Of a stretch of DNA of 64,000 nucleotides, positions 43,101 to 56,645 are shown in pieces. Within the stretch, counting starts at the first letter, position 1. The number at the start of each line of letters is the position of its first letter. The DNA is from the human T2T-CHM13v2.0 reference genome, Homo sapiens: NCBI RefSeq assembly GCF_009914755.1, contig NC_060938.1; one strand, 5' to 3'. A program made the translations under genes and the position numbers. The notes beneath the pieces were generated by a model, which did no database searches, had not been told where the DNA came from, and was given only the letters and a program-made list of their open reading frames with translations.

Positions 43101-45447
43101 AACTATCTGAAATATTCAAATAACCATTCATTCACCTGAACATTTAAGGTTAGACACAGCTTCATTCATTCCACAAGTCTTAACTGAGGAGTCACTACAC
43201 GTGATGCAGCCCTGAAATCCATTTGGAACAGTAATGCAATACAAAAAGCATGCCTCCAAAGATTCTGAAACCAAACCACAATTCGATCTCGGCTCTGCCA
43301 CTTCGAGATTCCTAACTTGGGGTAATAATCACTGACTCTTAGTTTCCTTGCCTATAAAACAAGGACAATATCGAGTTGATCGCAGGGTCACAGTGAGGAT
43401 TAGAAGAGAATGTACGTAGAACCTGAAACATCTTGGCGCATAACAAGGAGGCACTCAATAACACGTTTCCCTTATCTCCTTTGCCATGAGCAAGTGGAAA
43501 CGTGACCATGACATGGTAGGGTCGCAAGTGAGAGACTGTCTACGAAATATCTACTTTCTCAAATGAAACAAGCACCTCACATGTCAGATAGTGGTAGAGA
43601 ATAAAACATCCCAACGCCATAAAAGTCACCCTCTCTAGAAGATAGCACTACAAGTACTGTACAACCCACTATATGACAAAATCACTGTCAAATAAGAATC
43701 ATGAGCCACATCAAAAGACAATGTCTTCTAAAACCAAGACAATAAAGCTCAATAATAGCAAAACAACCTAGCTACCCAACTCACACATTGAGCCACGGGC
43801 AAAATACAGCAGAGCAGTCAGGGCTTACCCTTCAAACATGAGATGGAAGCATAAAAAGTAAAGCAGGCCCTTACTAAAAAGGATTGTAGGAAAATGTCTT
43901 TTCTCCCCAAATTAAAATGGACTAACTGTTCTCTTCTTAAAACAGCATTTTGGTGCCGTGAGTAAATCTATAAACCTATGTTACCATGATCAATGTTTAT
44001 AGTGACCATGTTAAAAGCAATCTTTAGTTTTTTGTTTTTTTATCTATTGAGTTTTATGGAATATGCCCTAAAATGAAGTTTTGAAATAATTGTGTATGTA
44101 TGTGCATGTACACAGCACATATTACATATAATACACACGTGCCACAGGTAGCTTTAAAGTAGACTTTGCAAAATAAACTGGCTATTCCAGAACCTAATTT
44201 CCAAAGATATCAATAATATTGAAAATTACTATTCTCTAGGACCTGGCTTATCCCGAACCCATCTTTTAATAAACTGAGTTTTTTGGTGAGGATGTATATT
44301 TTTATTTAGAAAACTTAACGTTTACACCAATACATATTCAATATAGCTAACCTGTTTTAACAGCACATTTTTAACAATATTTTCCGAGTTGCTTAAATCC
44401 TAACCTGAGTCCTTTTCCACTGTTTGAAAACAAGCACCACGAAGACACCTGACAATCAGGATTGTAAAGATTCAGAATATTCGAAGACAGAAGCATAGGC
44501 GTCCAAGTGATCCTCTTTCATCAGATGAATGTTTTTAAAACCTGAAAGTCCTAAGAACACTTACTTATCGTGTAGACCAGTAACGTGTCCCTTTAACCAC
44601 AACTCTCTCCACAAAAGCACGGAGTTAACACTACACAAATAGGACCCTCCAACTCATCTCCACGTTTCCGCGGATCTTCAGGTTCCTAAGGACACACTCA
44701 GTGGTTTGCTGGCTCTGACCTCCAGGCAGAGCCATCAGGGCAACTCAGCTTTTCTGGACAATCTACAGAAATCTGATGTGCTAACTTAAAACATACACTG
44801 ATTTCCCCAAAATCAAAAACCCTGAAGAAAGGGTCCTCCGCAGGGTCTAGGCATTTTGGCACAAAAACATCTGAGGGGAGAGGCAAAAGAATGGCCTCGG
44901 CCCCTGCCCGCCCCCCAGGGCCCCAATCTGGTCCCCTGACAGTAATCACACAGGACCCTCCCGGGAGGGACCGAGAGCCCAGCTTCGTCCCCTCCGGGCG
45001 CGGCACAGCGGCCCCATCAGAGGAGGGCCCCAGGGTGCTCCGGCAGGTCAGGCGCGCGTCTCCACCTCCGCTGCTCCCGCGCCACCTTAGCGCGCGTGAC
45101 GGGACCTGTCAAGAGCCCCAGGCCTCGCCAGGCCGGGGAGTGGACAGGCGCCGGCATCCCCCACCACGCCACGGCGGCCCGGAAAGTCTCCCAGGGCTGC
45201 CTCGCGGGGAGGCGCCGGGGTCCGGGCCCAGGAGCAGAGCCGAGGCGGGCAGACGCCGGGTCCACAGGCCGCGCTGTGCGGGACGACGAGGCAGGCGAGG
45301 CCGCGCCCTTCGTCAGCGCCCGCCAGGCCCGGACGCGCGGCTCGGGGCCATGGCCGGCACGCGGGCCTCCGCGCGGAGGCGGGAGCGCGGCCAGGCGACC
45401 CGCTCCCCGCCCCGGACACAAAGCTGCTCCGCGGGAGCCCGCCTCAC

Positions 45448-45650
45448 CTGCAGCACGGGGCGCCGCGGGCCTTCGAGAACCATCGGACCCCGCTCCGGCG
45501 CGCGCGTCACAGCCCAGGCCTCCCGGAGCCGCCCGGCGCCGCCGCCCCCGCCGCCATTTCCTCGCGCTCGCCGTCGCCTCGTCCCCGCTGTCAGGTTACT
45601 CCATTCACCTGGGCCTGCAGCAGCCTGCGCCGCGCCTCCGCCTCGACCCC
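45448..45650 (-). other. DICER1: DICER1 non-coding exon 1 (TSS approximate); main donor at 45448, alternative upstream donor at 45609
   Basis: GC-rich leader ending CTGCAG|gtgagg at 45448; second consensus donor CCAG|gtgaat at 45609; matches recalled mRNA 5' end. Confidence 0.85.
45550..45560. promoter_or_regulatory. YY1-type motif (GCCGCCATTT) in exon 1, overlapping a uAUG
   Basis: gccgccatttc matches the CGCCATnTT core, typical of 5'UTRs just downstream of a TSS. Confidence 0.5.
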
Positions 45651-45811
45651 TCCCGCCGGCGCCTGCGGAGACTGCGCAGCGCCCGGCTGGCCGGCAGCCA
45701 GCGCACGGCCCGCGGCAACGGCGCACAGCCGCTTGGAGAATCCCACTGGCTCCCGCACCGCCCCTCCGCGCCCCCACGCTCCGCTCGCCCCGTGGCGGCA
45801 TGAGAGCGAGC

Positions 45812-45821
45812 CTGTGATTGG
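45812..45821 (-). promoter_or_regulatory. CCAAT box (NF-Y consensus CCAATCACAG)
   Basis: ctgtgattgg on + strand, ~170 bp upstream of exon 1. Confidence 0.6.
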
Positions 45822-46148
45822 ACAGGGCCTGGCGGTGAAAGGTTAATCCCGGCCCCCCAGCCACTCAGGAGCAGGGAGACAGCGGGCGCGCGCGCGGAGG
45901 CCGGAGAGGCGTTTGCGGCCCAGCGCCTGGACTGGACCTTGGCGTTGGGCCGCAGTTGCCCGGAGTTTTTGGGGCCCCCGGGAACCCGCGCGCCGAGGCC
46001 GGCTAAGTTTGGCAGACTCTCTGAGCTCTCGGAATTCGACTGCCTCCATTGTTGCTCCTTCTGGCACCCACAGACCGTAACGTGGCCGTAATTGTTTCCC
46101 GGAGAGCTTAGCTTCCCTCTGAGCACCTCCCTCCCCTTTTTAAAGTAC

Positions 46149-46230
46149 CTTCCCACTCGCCTGCGTTTCCTCGCGTTAGTGGTGCAGGGGCCTCCGCATT
46201 TGGGGAAATAACAAACACCCACTTCCGCCC
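46149..46230 (-). other. DICER1: Candidate upstream alternative first exon of DICER1
   Basis: Donor GAAG|gtactt at 46149; ETS-like CACTTCCG near 46220; 5' end from recollection only. Confidence 0.4.
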
Positions 46231-46810
46231 CCCACCCCAACCGGGATCCCCAGATAATGAGAAATAGATGGTGGCCCTCTGTTTGTAAGCTGTTCATTTG
46301 CATAGGTCGGAACCGCGCACCACAGCTTGAAGCTAGGAATTAAAATATCGGTGGGAATTAAATAAGTGGCTGGCTTAAAGAACATCTTCTTAATTTATCC
46401 CCAAATGTAGACATCTCTTCAGTGGACCCCCTGATAGGCCGGTTTGCTCCAGGTGAGGTGTGCTCACAGCAACTGCAACCGTGTTTCTTTCAGACCATGG
46501 GCGTGAGCAGAACCTACTATGCGCCCCTGCTGCCTGGGCTGTGCTGTTCAGTTTGGGGCCACCAGCCCCACATGGCTCCTGAGCACTTAAAGTATGGCTA
46601 GTCGGAATCGAGATATATGCATTCTTTACCAAATAATGTTCAAAAAATTGTTACATGTTGAAGTGATAAACTTTTTCCATATATTGGGATAAAAGTTTTA
46701 TTTGTTTATTTTTTAGTGTGGGTTCTACAGAATTTTAAATGTCACCTGTGGCCTGCATTATATTGCCATTGGGCAGGCTGATCTAGGGCTTGCATGCCTG
46801 TGATCCTTAG

Positions 46811-46895
46811 GTGCACCCTGTGAGGTAGGTGCTTTAACTGTGTGCACCCTGTGAGGTAGGTGCTTTAACTGTGTGCACATTGTGAGGTAGGTGCT
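46811..46895. repeat. 31-bp tandem repeat, ~2.7 copies
   Basis: Unit gtgcaccctgtgaggtaggtgctttaactgt starting at 46811, 46842 and 46873. Confidence 0.9.
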
Positions 46896-46897
46896 GA

Positions 46898-47208
<311 letters not shown>

Positions 47209-47799
47209 TGCTTCCTGTTTTAACAGACGAAGAAATGGAATAACTTCCAACAAGTAAGTAGCCAGTAAGTGAACAACTGAGATTTGAACCCACGTAGTCT
47301 GGCTTTGAGGCTGGTGTGCTCAGTCATTACTGTGCTAAAATTTTGATAATATATTTACTATGAATTGGCTTAAGGTTTCACTTGAAAGTAGCATATTTAT
47401 GGGCAAAATTAGGAAGTAGGATGCTCCTGGCAGACCCATGTATTTAAAAAAGTAGTTTCTTATATGTCAAGCACGGTGAGCATGTCATACCTTTAAGACC
47501 CCAGTCATACATATAAGGTTTTCTTTGTAGCTAGGAATTAAAATATCGGTGGGCGTTAAATAAGTGTCTGGCTTAAAGAACATCGTCTTAACTTATCCCC
47601 AAATGTAGATATCTCTTCGGTGGACTCCCTGATAAGCCTTTATGAGAAGGACAGCATCTCAGTATGGGGGTAGGCACTGGACTCTATTGGCAGTGGAAAT
47701 TTGTGGGCTGGTACAACTTCAGCCCCTCTGGTTGCCCTCTTGCAATCTGTCAAGACTAGCCAGGCTGCTTGTTCCATCAGCAGGTATACCTGATTTTTT

Positions 47800-48104
<305 letters not shown>

Positions 48105-49470
48105 CGGTTTGTCTGATTTTTATCAATTTCAGTTTTTATTTTTAAAATAAATAGTATATCCATATTATTCATTTATCAGAAAGCCTATAAAAGATACACA
48201 GTGGAAAAAGATGTCCCTCACACCTGTCCTAGTGTCACAAATAGGTGACCACTGTTTCCTGCTCATTCTTCAAAATGTTTATGTATATATGAGCCAAGAT
48301 ATGCCCTTTGTGTTCCTTGTTTAGAAAAATGCCGGCATGCCATACATATTTACTCCACCTTGTGTTTTTTACTTAATGTATCCGGGGGGCATGTTTATAG
48401 TAACACATAGAGAGCTCCTTGCTGTTTTTTCAACCCCCTTAACATATTATTGCAGGTATATCCATACCATAATTTACCAATTCTCTATTGATGGACATTT
48501 AGACTTTAAGTCTTTTGGAATTAAAAGTTGATCCATTTGGAATCGATTTAATATATAGGGTGAGGTATAGATCCAAATTAATTTTTTTGTCCAGGTGGCT
48601 ACACAGTCATTTATTGAGCAGTTCACTTCTGGACTCTGTATCCGTTCTAATGGTCTATCTATTCATGCTCCACTTGCTGGTTTGTTTTAAATCCAGAGAC
48701 ATAAAATCTTGTAAGGGATATTGTTTCACACTTTGTTTGGATCACTAGAAATCTTAAAGCCTATATTTCAGCCCGTGTTAAGCAACGGTATAGTACCATG
48801 TGGCATGCATTTTCTATGGGCTAATTTTTATTTTCCCTTAGCCCCTATTATTTCCACAATTTGGTTTATTTTTTGTAGAACAAGCCAGGATTTAAATATA
48901 CCTTTAAGACTCTCTGTTTGCAAGTAACAGAAACCAAGCTGAACTAGCGCAACCAAAAAGGGAGAATTTACCATAATGATATAGGTGCTTCTCACAAAAG
49001 CCCAGAACAGGAATACAGCCACATCTTAGCAAAAACTAGAACCAGTCATTGAAAAGCTTCCAGGAACCCAAAAGGTACTCTCTGTGCCCCTTGTGATTGT
49101 TTTCTATGTATCTCTGCTAACTTGTTCTCTCTGCTTTTCCATCTACATGGGAGAATATAGTCACTCCCATATTGGACTGGGCTGTCAGTTCAGTGAGGAG
49201 TCTGAGCCCAAAGAAGGAAGGTGGGGCAGCAGCCCTGCAAGGCCAGACAGCTGATTACATACAGGAGAACTACACAAAGAAAAACTATATTGAGGCTAAT
49301 GGGAGCCAGATTTTTCCCTGTTGGAGAAGGGAGTTACAAGTACAGAAATAAGAAAAGCAAGAAGTTTGTGTGATTGGATTGGAATTGGAGATATTCATGT
49401 AAAGTCATGGTTCTTAATACATGTAGATATAAAAATAAATATAAATGTAAAAGTGTGTATCTATATATTT

Positions 49471-50283
49471 TGTGAGATTCTGAAATATATATTTGGTCTT
49501 TGACCTCATTTTCTGGTGTACAACTCCTAAATTTCTTACAAACACCGAAGTGATGTCTTTTGTATGCTAATGAGTTGGCTCGTGGCTGGGAGCCCCTAGG
49601 TAGCTTTAGGATGGGGTTGGTCATCAGAAAGACGAAGGCAGGATCAGAGGGTTGGACCTTCAGCCTATCACCAACTTATTGGAGAAGAGAAGGGTTGAAG
49701 GTCAGGTTATCACCAGTGGCCAATAGTTTAATCAGTCATCCCTTATGTAATGAAGCCTGCATAAAAACCCATGAGGACAGGGTTGGAGAGCTTCTAGATA
49801 GCTGAACACCAGGAGGTTCCTGGGAGGGTGGTGCACCCAGGGAAGGCATGAAAGGTCTGAGCCCCTTCTCCCACACCTCATCCTATTTATCTTTTCATCT
49901 GTATTGTTTGTAATATCTTTTGTAAACATAAGTGTTTGCTTGAGTTCAGTGAGCTGCTCTAGCAAATTAATCTAACCCAAGAGGGGGTCATGGCAACCAC
50001 AACTTGAAGCCTGTCGGAAGTTCTGGAGGCCCAGACTTGGGACTGGTCAGTGGCCAGGGACAGAGTGGGGCAGTTGTTGGGATGTGTTGGGGAGTGAGCC
50101 TCAACCTGTGGGATCTGATGCTATCTCCAGGTTAGAAGGGAATTGGAGGACACCCAGTTGGTGTCTGCTGCAGAATCGATTGCTTGCTTGGTGTGTGGGG
50201 AAACGCCCCCCGACATTTGGTCACTGAAGTCTTCTTTGTTAATTGTTGAGGGTGAGGGAATAGGGTGTGTAATTTTTCCACAG
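49471..50283 (+). mobile_element. MER21-family LTR
   Basis: Characteristic ggacacccagttggtgtctgctgcagaatcgattgcttgcttggtgtgtgggg segment; inverse of the 35715-36697 copy. Confidence 0.75.
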
Positions 50284-50755
50284 TCAGTTATATACACACA
50301 CATGTCTATAAATGTATTTACATATATTTCCTAGGCCTAACCAGTGAGAAGGTCTTGGTGCAGCAACACCACATTAGCCAAGAGAACACCTAACACCTAG
50401 CTCTAAACACCTTTCTCCATGAAAAGGAACCAGGGCGCTTTAGAGAAATGGCTGATTTTAGGGTTGGGCCAGAGAAAGTATAGTATGAGACTGGAACATC
50501 TTGTGCTAGAAAGTGTGGAAATGCTCAAGAAATGGTGGAGACAGTTCAAAAGGACAAAGCAATCAGCTTGAAAGGGCTCCTGTTGGCCAAATCTGGGACA
50601 ATTTGAACATCAAAATAAATCACAGTAGCAGGAGATTATATCCCATGGGTTAAAATGGAATCTATGAGTCCACACTTTCAAAAAAAAAAAATAAATGGCA
50701 ATAAAGAGCTCTTTAGAATAGAATTCAATAATATATTTAGAAAAAAGAATGGAAT

Positions 50756-51369
50756 TGTAACCCAGTCATAGGTTCAGCAGCCCACTGCTTACAGAGCACA
50801 ATTAACAAGAGTGAGGTCTGCCGTAAAGAAAGTGACTTTTTATTCCAAAGCTTAACGTAGGGGGAAAAGTGCAGGTTCCTGCCTTAAGGTACTGATTTGC
50901 TTTTGGGGCAGAAAGCAGGGGCTTTTAAAGTGGGACTTGGCATGAATGGCATGCAGGGGAGGGAGCAAGCAGGTGAGGATCTACATGACTCTCCTTAGCG
51001 CTTTTATCTACCGGGTGTTTGAGCTGGCACCATGGCAGGCAGGACTAGATTGTAAAGTGGCCATTGTCTGAGATGCTCTCCAAGTGGGACAGAGTTTCCT
51101 AGCAGGCATAGTTTAGATTGTAAATTGACTGTTGTCTCTCCAGGCAGTCTCCTGGTGGGAGAGATTTCTGGCTTAGAACCTTCTAAAAGCACATGGTTAA
51201 ATAAGCTTGCCCTGTAAGGAGTGTCTGGTGAAGGGAAGGTAAAGATTATAATTGCATTTCTAAGGAACTAAGTGGGAAGTGGGAGAAAGGAGAAAAGGAG
51301 AAAAGAAAAAAAAAATGTTTTAAAACACAGTTATCTTTCTCTTAGAAAAATGGGGGTACTCAGTAAACA
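50756..51369 (-). mobile_element. ERV1 solo LTR (MER66-like) inserted in an old L1
   Basis: TGTAAC...GGGGTACTCAGTAAACA termini; interrupts L1M sequence. Confidence 0.6.
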
Positions 51370-51559
51370 GAATTAGAAAATCACCATTTGGCAATCATCA
51401 GACAAGAAATATCAATGTTTGCTAAATCTAGTGGGGAAAAGTTGAATAAGGAATGAGTTACTTACATAGGTTCAAAGCATCTCCCCATGAAATTCTTATT
51501 TAAAAAAACAGGAACTTTACAAAAGAGGAATCTAGTAGATATCGTCTTACTCATGACAA

Positions 51560-52086
51560 AAAAAAAAATCAGCATTAATCAGGCTGCACTTTGACCCATT
51601 TATCAGTTGCTGAAAGTCACACAGCACTCTAGATACTGACCAGTTGCATCCGCAGTTGTTCCTATCAATAGAATTTCCAACTTTAGGATCATGACTATTT
51701 AACAGTTGATTTTCATCTCTATTGTTCCTATAGATAGAATCTCTGACATTAAAACCATAAGGTTTTTGCTTAAGGATCAGTTAAGATGTTTACAGACCCT
51801 GAATTCCATAAGCATTTTGAAGCGCAGAATCAGCATGAGAAGACAGCTTCCTCATCTCCTGCCCTATGACTTCAACCTGCACTGTTCAACCAATGAATGA
51901 TCTCTGCCCTTCGGCCCACTCCAAAACCCTAAAAAACCCTACCCCAAACTCCTTAAGGAGATGGATTTGAGGTTCCCTCCTGTCTCCCTGTTCTGTGACA
52001 CTACGACTAAACCTCTCTGCTGCAGCCTGGTGTCTCCACATGTTGACTTGCTGAATGCATTGGGCACTGGACCAATTATGGTTACA
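51560..52086 (+). mobile_element. ERV1-type LTR fragment (subfamily not determined)
   Basis: LTR-like composition ending ...ggttaca; interrupts L1M. Confidence 0.5.
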
Positions 52087-52221
52087 ACCTTATCAAGTGC
52101 TGACAAGGGTATAGTACAACTGGAACTCGCATACATTGCTGATGGGAATGCAGATGCTGTAACCACTGTGGAAAACAGTTTGGCAGTTTCTTATCAAGTT
52201 AAGATATATTTTCCATAAAAC

Positions 52222-53030
52222 CTAGTATATTGTCTCTCTAGAGAACCCTAATACACATATATATACATATATGTATATGTAGATATACACATATACACAT
52301 GTGTGGATGTACACATAGACACGTGTGTGGATATACATATATACACATGTGTATGTGTGTATATACACGCACATGTGTGTGGATATACATATATACATGT
52401 CTACATAGATATACAATTATGTGTATATACATGTATATGTATGTATATGTGTATGTAGATATATGTGTGTTTGTGTGTATGTGTATGGAAGTTAATTTGT
52501 TAGGGAGAATTGGTTCCCATGTTCACAAAGGTGAAGTCCCACAATTAGGCAAGCTGGAAAATGAAAGAAGCCAATAGTGTAACTCAGTCCAAGTGTGAAA
52601 GCCTCAAAACCAGGGAAGCCAACACTACAGCCCCCATTCTGAGGCTGAAGGTCTGAGAGTCCCTGGGAGGCTGCTAGTGTAAGTCCCAGAGCCCAGAGGT
52701 TGAAGAACCTGGAGTCTGATGTCCAAGGGTGAGAGGCAGAAAAGTCTTCTTGCTCCAGAAGTGTGAGAGAGCAAAAAAGGAAAGCCAAGCAAGCTGAATG
52801 TCCCTTTTCTTCCACCTGCTTTATTCTAGCCACATCCCAATGTGATTGGATGGTGCCCACCCACATTGAGGGCTGGTCTTTCTTTTTCAGTCCACTGACT
52901 CACATGCCAGTCTCCTCTGGAAACAACTCATGGACACACCATGAGTTGTGGACACACCCAGCAACAGTGTGTCACCAGTGACCTAGGCATTCCCAATCCA
53001 GTCAAGTTGACGACTAATATTAACCATCAC
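52222..53030 (-). mobile_element. MLT2B-type LTR with internal (TA/TG)n expansion at 52250-52485
   Basis: ctagagaaccctaata ... caagttgac...attaaccatcaca terminus typical of MLT2. Confidence 0.75.
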
Positions 53031-54204
53031 ACCTAGCATTCCTACTCCTAGACATTTACCTAAAAGAAATGAAGCCAAAATCTAGAAACAACTCCAGTAT
53101 CTATCAGTTGGCAAATGGAAAACAACTTGTGGCACATCCATATAATGGGACACTATGCAGCAATAAAAAAGGGATGAAATACTGGTATATGGAACAACAC
53201 TGTTGAATCTTATAAGCAAAGTGAAAGAAACCAGACACAAAGGGTTATATAATGTAGGATTCCATTTCTGTGACTTTCTGAAAAAAAGCAGAGCTATAGG
53301 GAAAGAAATCAGATGTGTAGCTTTAGGGGTTATAATGGGGAGAATCTTTTTGGGGTGATAAAAATGTCCTATATCCTGATCGTGCCTGGTTGTTACACAC
53401 TGCAAACATTTGTCAAAACTCATTGAACTATACACTACATTTTATATAATTCAAATTAGACTTCACTAATCCTGATTTCAAACCAAAATCTATGACTCTC
53501 CAGTGTAGCTCACTTATATTTTCAGGGTCACCCTAGGCTCTGGGCAAGTAAGGCACCAACCACCTTTGCCTCACATCTCATTGACTTGGACATGAAACCC
53601 ATCTTCCCTCCATTGTCCAATATGCTCATTCATGCTCTCTAAGGTAACACTTACTAAAAATGCAAGAGGATATTAGCAGGAAGGTGGGATAGGAAGAAGG
53701 AGAGTTTGCCTTGTATCAATGAACACAACTTAAGTAAAATAGAAGGTATTGTTCTCAAAGTGTCTTCTGGACCCCATCATGGTAGAGTTCCTCTGTGACT
53801 TCACCTTTCTTCTCTTTCTTCCGCTCTCCTCTTTGGTAATTACTTGTTTATTCATTTATTGTTTTTTCATCTCCTGGAGGCTGAGAATAAAAGTTTGTAC
53901 CTCTGCCCTCCCAGAACAATGAGTATTTGTTTTGTTCTGCTGCTGTAACAAAAAACCCCCCAGAAACAGCCGGATTGATCAACTCTAACTATTACACAGG
54001 TTTTTGAAAACTGGCCAGTCATTGACAACGCCAACTTTCTGAGACAGCCAGTTAACAAGTCTCAGCCCAATAACCATGCTTCCATAGCTAATGATCAGTC
54101 AATCCATAGATATTCCTGTTTCTGAAAATCCAGCAATCCCTGAACTCTAAAATTCCTAAATACGTATTTAGGATATGCAATGTGCTTTAATTAGAAAGAC
54201 TGTA

Positions 54205-56645
54205 TGATATAGTTTGGATGTTTGTCCCCTCCAAATCTCATGTTGAAATGTGATTCCCAGTGTTGGAGGTGGGGCCTGGTGGGAGGTGATTGGATCATGG
54301 GGCGGGGGTGGTTCTTCATGAATGGTTTACCCATTCCCTGGGTGATGAGTGAGTTCTCACTTGGTTCATGTGAGATCTGGTTGTTTAAAAGAGTTTGGGA
54401 CCTTCCCCTTCTCCCTCTCTTGTTCCCATTCTCACCATGTGACACACTGGCTTCCCTTCACCTTCCACACTGATTGAAAGCTACCTGAGGCCTCACCAGA
54501 AGCCCAGTAGATGCTGGCATCATGCTTGTGCAGCCTGCAGAACTGTGATCCAGTTAAACCTTTTTCTTTATAAATTACCCAACCTCAAGCATTTTTTATA
54601 GCAATGCAAAAATGGACTAATACAGAAGATCAGTATAAGGAGTGGGGCATTACTGTAAAGACAGTTGAAAATATAGAAGTACCTTTGGAGCTGGGTAACA
54701 GGCAGAGGTTGGAAGAGGTTGGAAGGCTGAGAAGAAGAGAGAAAGATGAGGGAAAGTTTGGAACTTCGTAGAGACTTGTAAAGTGGTTATGACCAAAATG
54801 CTGATAGAGATATGGACAGTGAAGGCCAGGCTGAGGAGGTCTCAGATAGAAATGAGGAAATTACTGGGAACTGGAGCGAAGGTGACCTGTGTTACATCCT
54901 AGCAAAGAGCTTGGCTGCATTGTGTCCTAGGAATCTGTGGAAGGTTGAAATTAAGAGTGATGACTTAGGTTATTTGGCAGAAGAAATTTCTAAGCAGCAA
55001 AGCATTCAAGAAGTGGTATGACTGCTTCTAACCTACTATCAGATATGGGAGCAAAGAAATGACTTAAGTTGGAACTCATATTTAAAAGGAAACCAGAGTG
55101 TAAAAGTTTGGAAAATGTGCAGCCTGGCCATGTGGTAAAGAAGGAAAAAGTGTTTTTCAGCAGATGAATCTGACCACTTGCTAGAGAGATTTGCATGAAT
55201 AAAAGGGAGCCAAGTGCTAATATCCAAGGCAATGGGGAAAAGGCCTCAGAGGCCTTTCAAAAATCTTCGAGGCAGCCCTTTCAAATGCCCAGAGGCCTAG
55301 GAGGAAGGAATGGTTTCAGGGGCCAGGCCCAAGACACTTCTGCCCAGCACAGCCTCAGGACGCTAGTCCTGGCATCCTGGCCACTCCAGCTACAGCTGTA
55401 GCTCAAGGGACTCCAGGTACAGCTTGGGCTATTGCTTTGGAGAGTGGAAGCCACCATAAGCCTTGATGGCTTCGATGTGGTGTTAAGCCAGCAGGTGGAC
55501 AGAATGCAAGAGTGAAGGAGGCTTTGCAACTTCCACCTAGATGCCAGAGGATGTATGAGAAAGCCTGGGTGTGCCCAGGCAGAAGCCTGCTGCAGGGCCA
55601 GAGTCCTCATGGAGAGCCTCTAATAAGGAAACACCAAAGGGAAATATGGGATTGGAGCCCAAACATAGAGTCCCTCCCGGGGCACTGCCTAGTGAAACTG
55701 TGGGAAAGAGGCTGTTGCCCTCCAGACCCCAGAATGGTAGAGCCACCAGCAGCTTGCAAACTCAGTGTGGAAAAGCTGTAGGTACTCAACTCAAAGCCAT
55801 GAGAGCAGCCATGGGTGCTGCACCCTGCAAAGCCACAGGGTAGAACGGCCCAAAGCCTTGGGAGCCCACTCCTTGCACCAGTGTGCCCTGAATGTGGGAC
55901 ACAGAGTCAAAGATTATTTTGGAGCTTTAAGATATAATGACTTCCCTGCTGGGTTTTAGACTTGCAGGGGGCCTGTAGCCCCTTTATGTTAGCTGATTTC
56001 TCTTTTTTGGAATGGGAGTATTTACCCAGCATCTGGGTACCACCACTGTATCTTGGAAGTAAATAACTTGGTTTTTATTTCACAGACTCAGGTGGAAAGA
56101 ATGGCTCTCCAGATGAGACTTGGGCCTAGGGATTTTTGAGTTAACGCTGGCAAAGTAAGACTTTGGGGAGTTATTGCAAATGCATGATATTTTTAAATGT
56201 AAGAAAGACGTAAGACTCGGGTCCAGGGGTGGAATGATATAGTTTGGATGTGTGTCCTCTCCAAATCTCATGCTGAAATGTAGTCCGCATGTTGGAGGTG
56301 GGGCCTGGTAGGAGGTGATTGGATCATGGAGGTAGATCCTTCACAGATGGTTTAGCACCATCCCTTTTGTGGTGACTGAGTCCTTAGTTCACATGAGACC
56401 TGGTTGTGTAAAAGAGTTTAAGGCCCCCTTCTCCCTCTGTTTATTCTGCTCTCACCATGTGATACACTGACTCCGTCTTCATCTTCCACCATGACTGAAA
56501 GCTCCCTGAGGCCTCACCAGAGCCAAGCAGATGCTGATGCCATGCTTGTATAGCCTCCAGATCTGTGAGCCAGTTAAACCTCTTTTCTTTATAAATTGCC
56601 CGGCCTCGGGTATTTCTTTATAATGGTGCAAAATGGGCTAACATA
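54205..56645 (+). mobile_element. Full-length MaLR MSTA-type element: LTR 54205-54624, internal region 54625-56234, LTR 56235-56645
   Basis: Two direct LTRs starting TGATATAGTTTGGATG; purine-rich tract before 3' LTR; 5-bp TSD ctgta/ctgtg. Confidence 0.9.

Larger units (their letters stand above)
44890..46320. promoter_or_regulatory. CpG island / bidirectional promoter (DICER1 and DICER1-AS1)
   Basis: Very high GC and CpG density against an AT-rich background; GC boxes; no obvious TATA box; surrounds exon 1. Confidence 0.93.

Noticed and set aside
44698-46303. Long ORFs (308, 235, 232, 183 aa) on both strands
   Set aside because: Expected in a GC-rich CpG island; Ala/Arg/Pro/Gly-rich with no recognisable domain
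54812-55959. Cluster of ORFs in the MSTA internal region
   Set aside because: Fragmented remnants of the MaLR internal ORF; no intact reading frame
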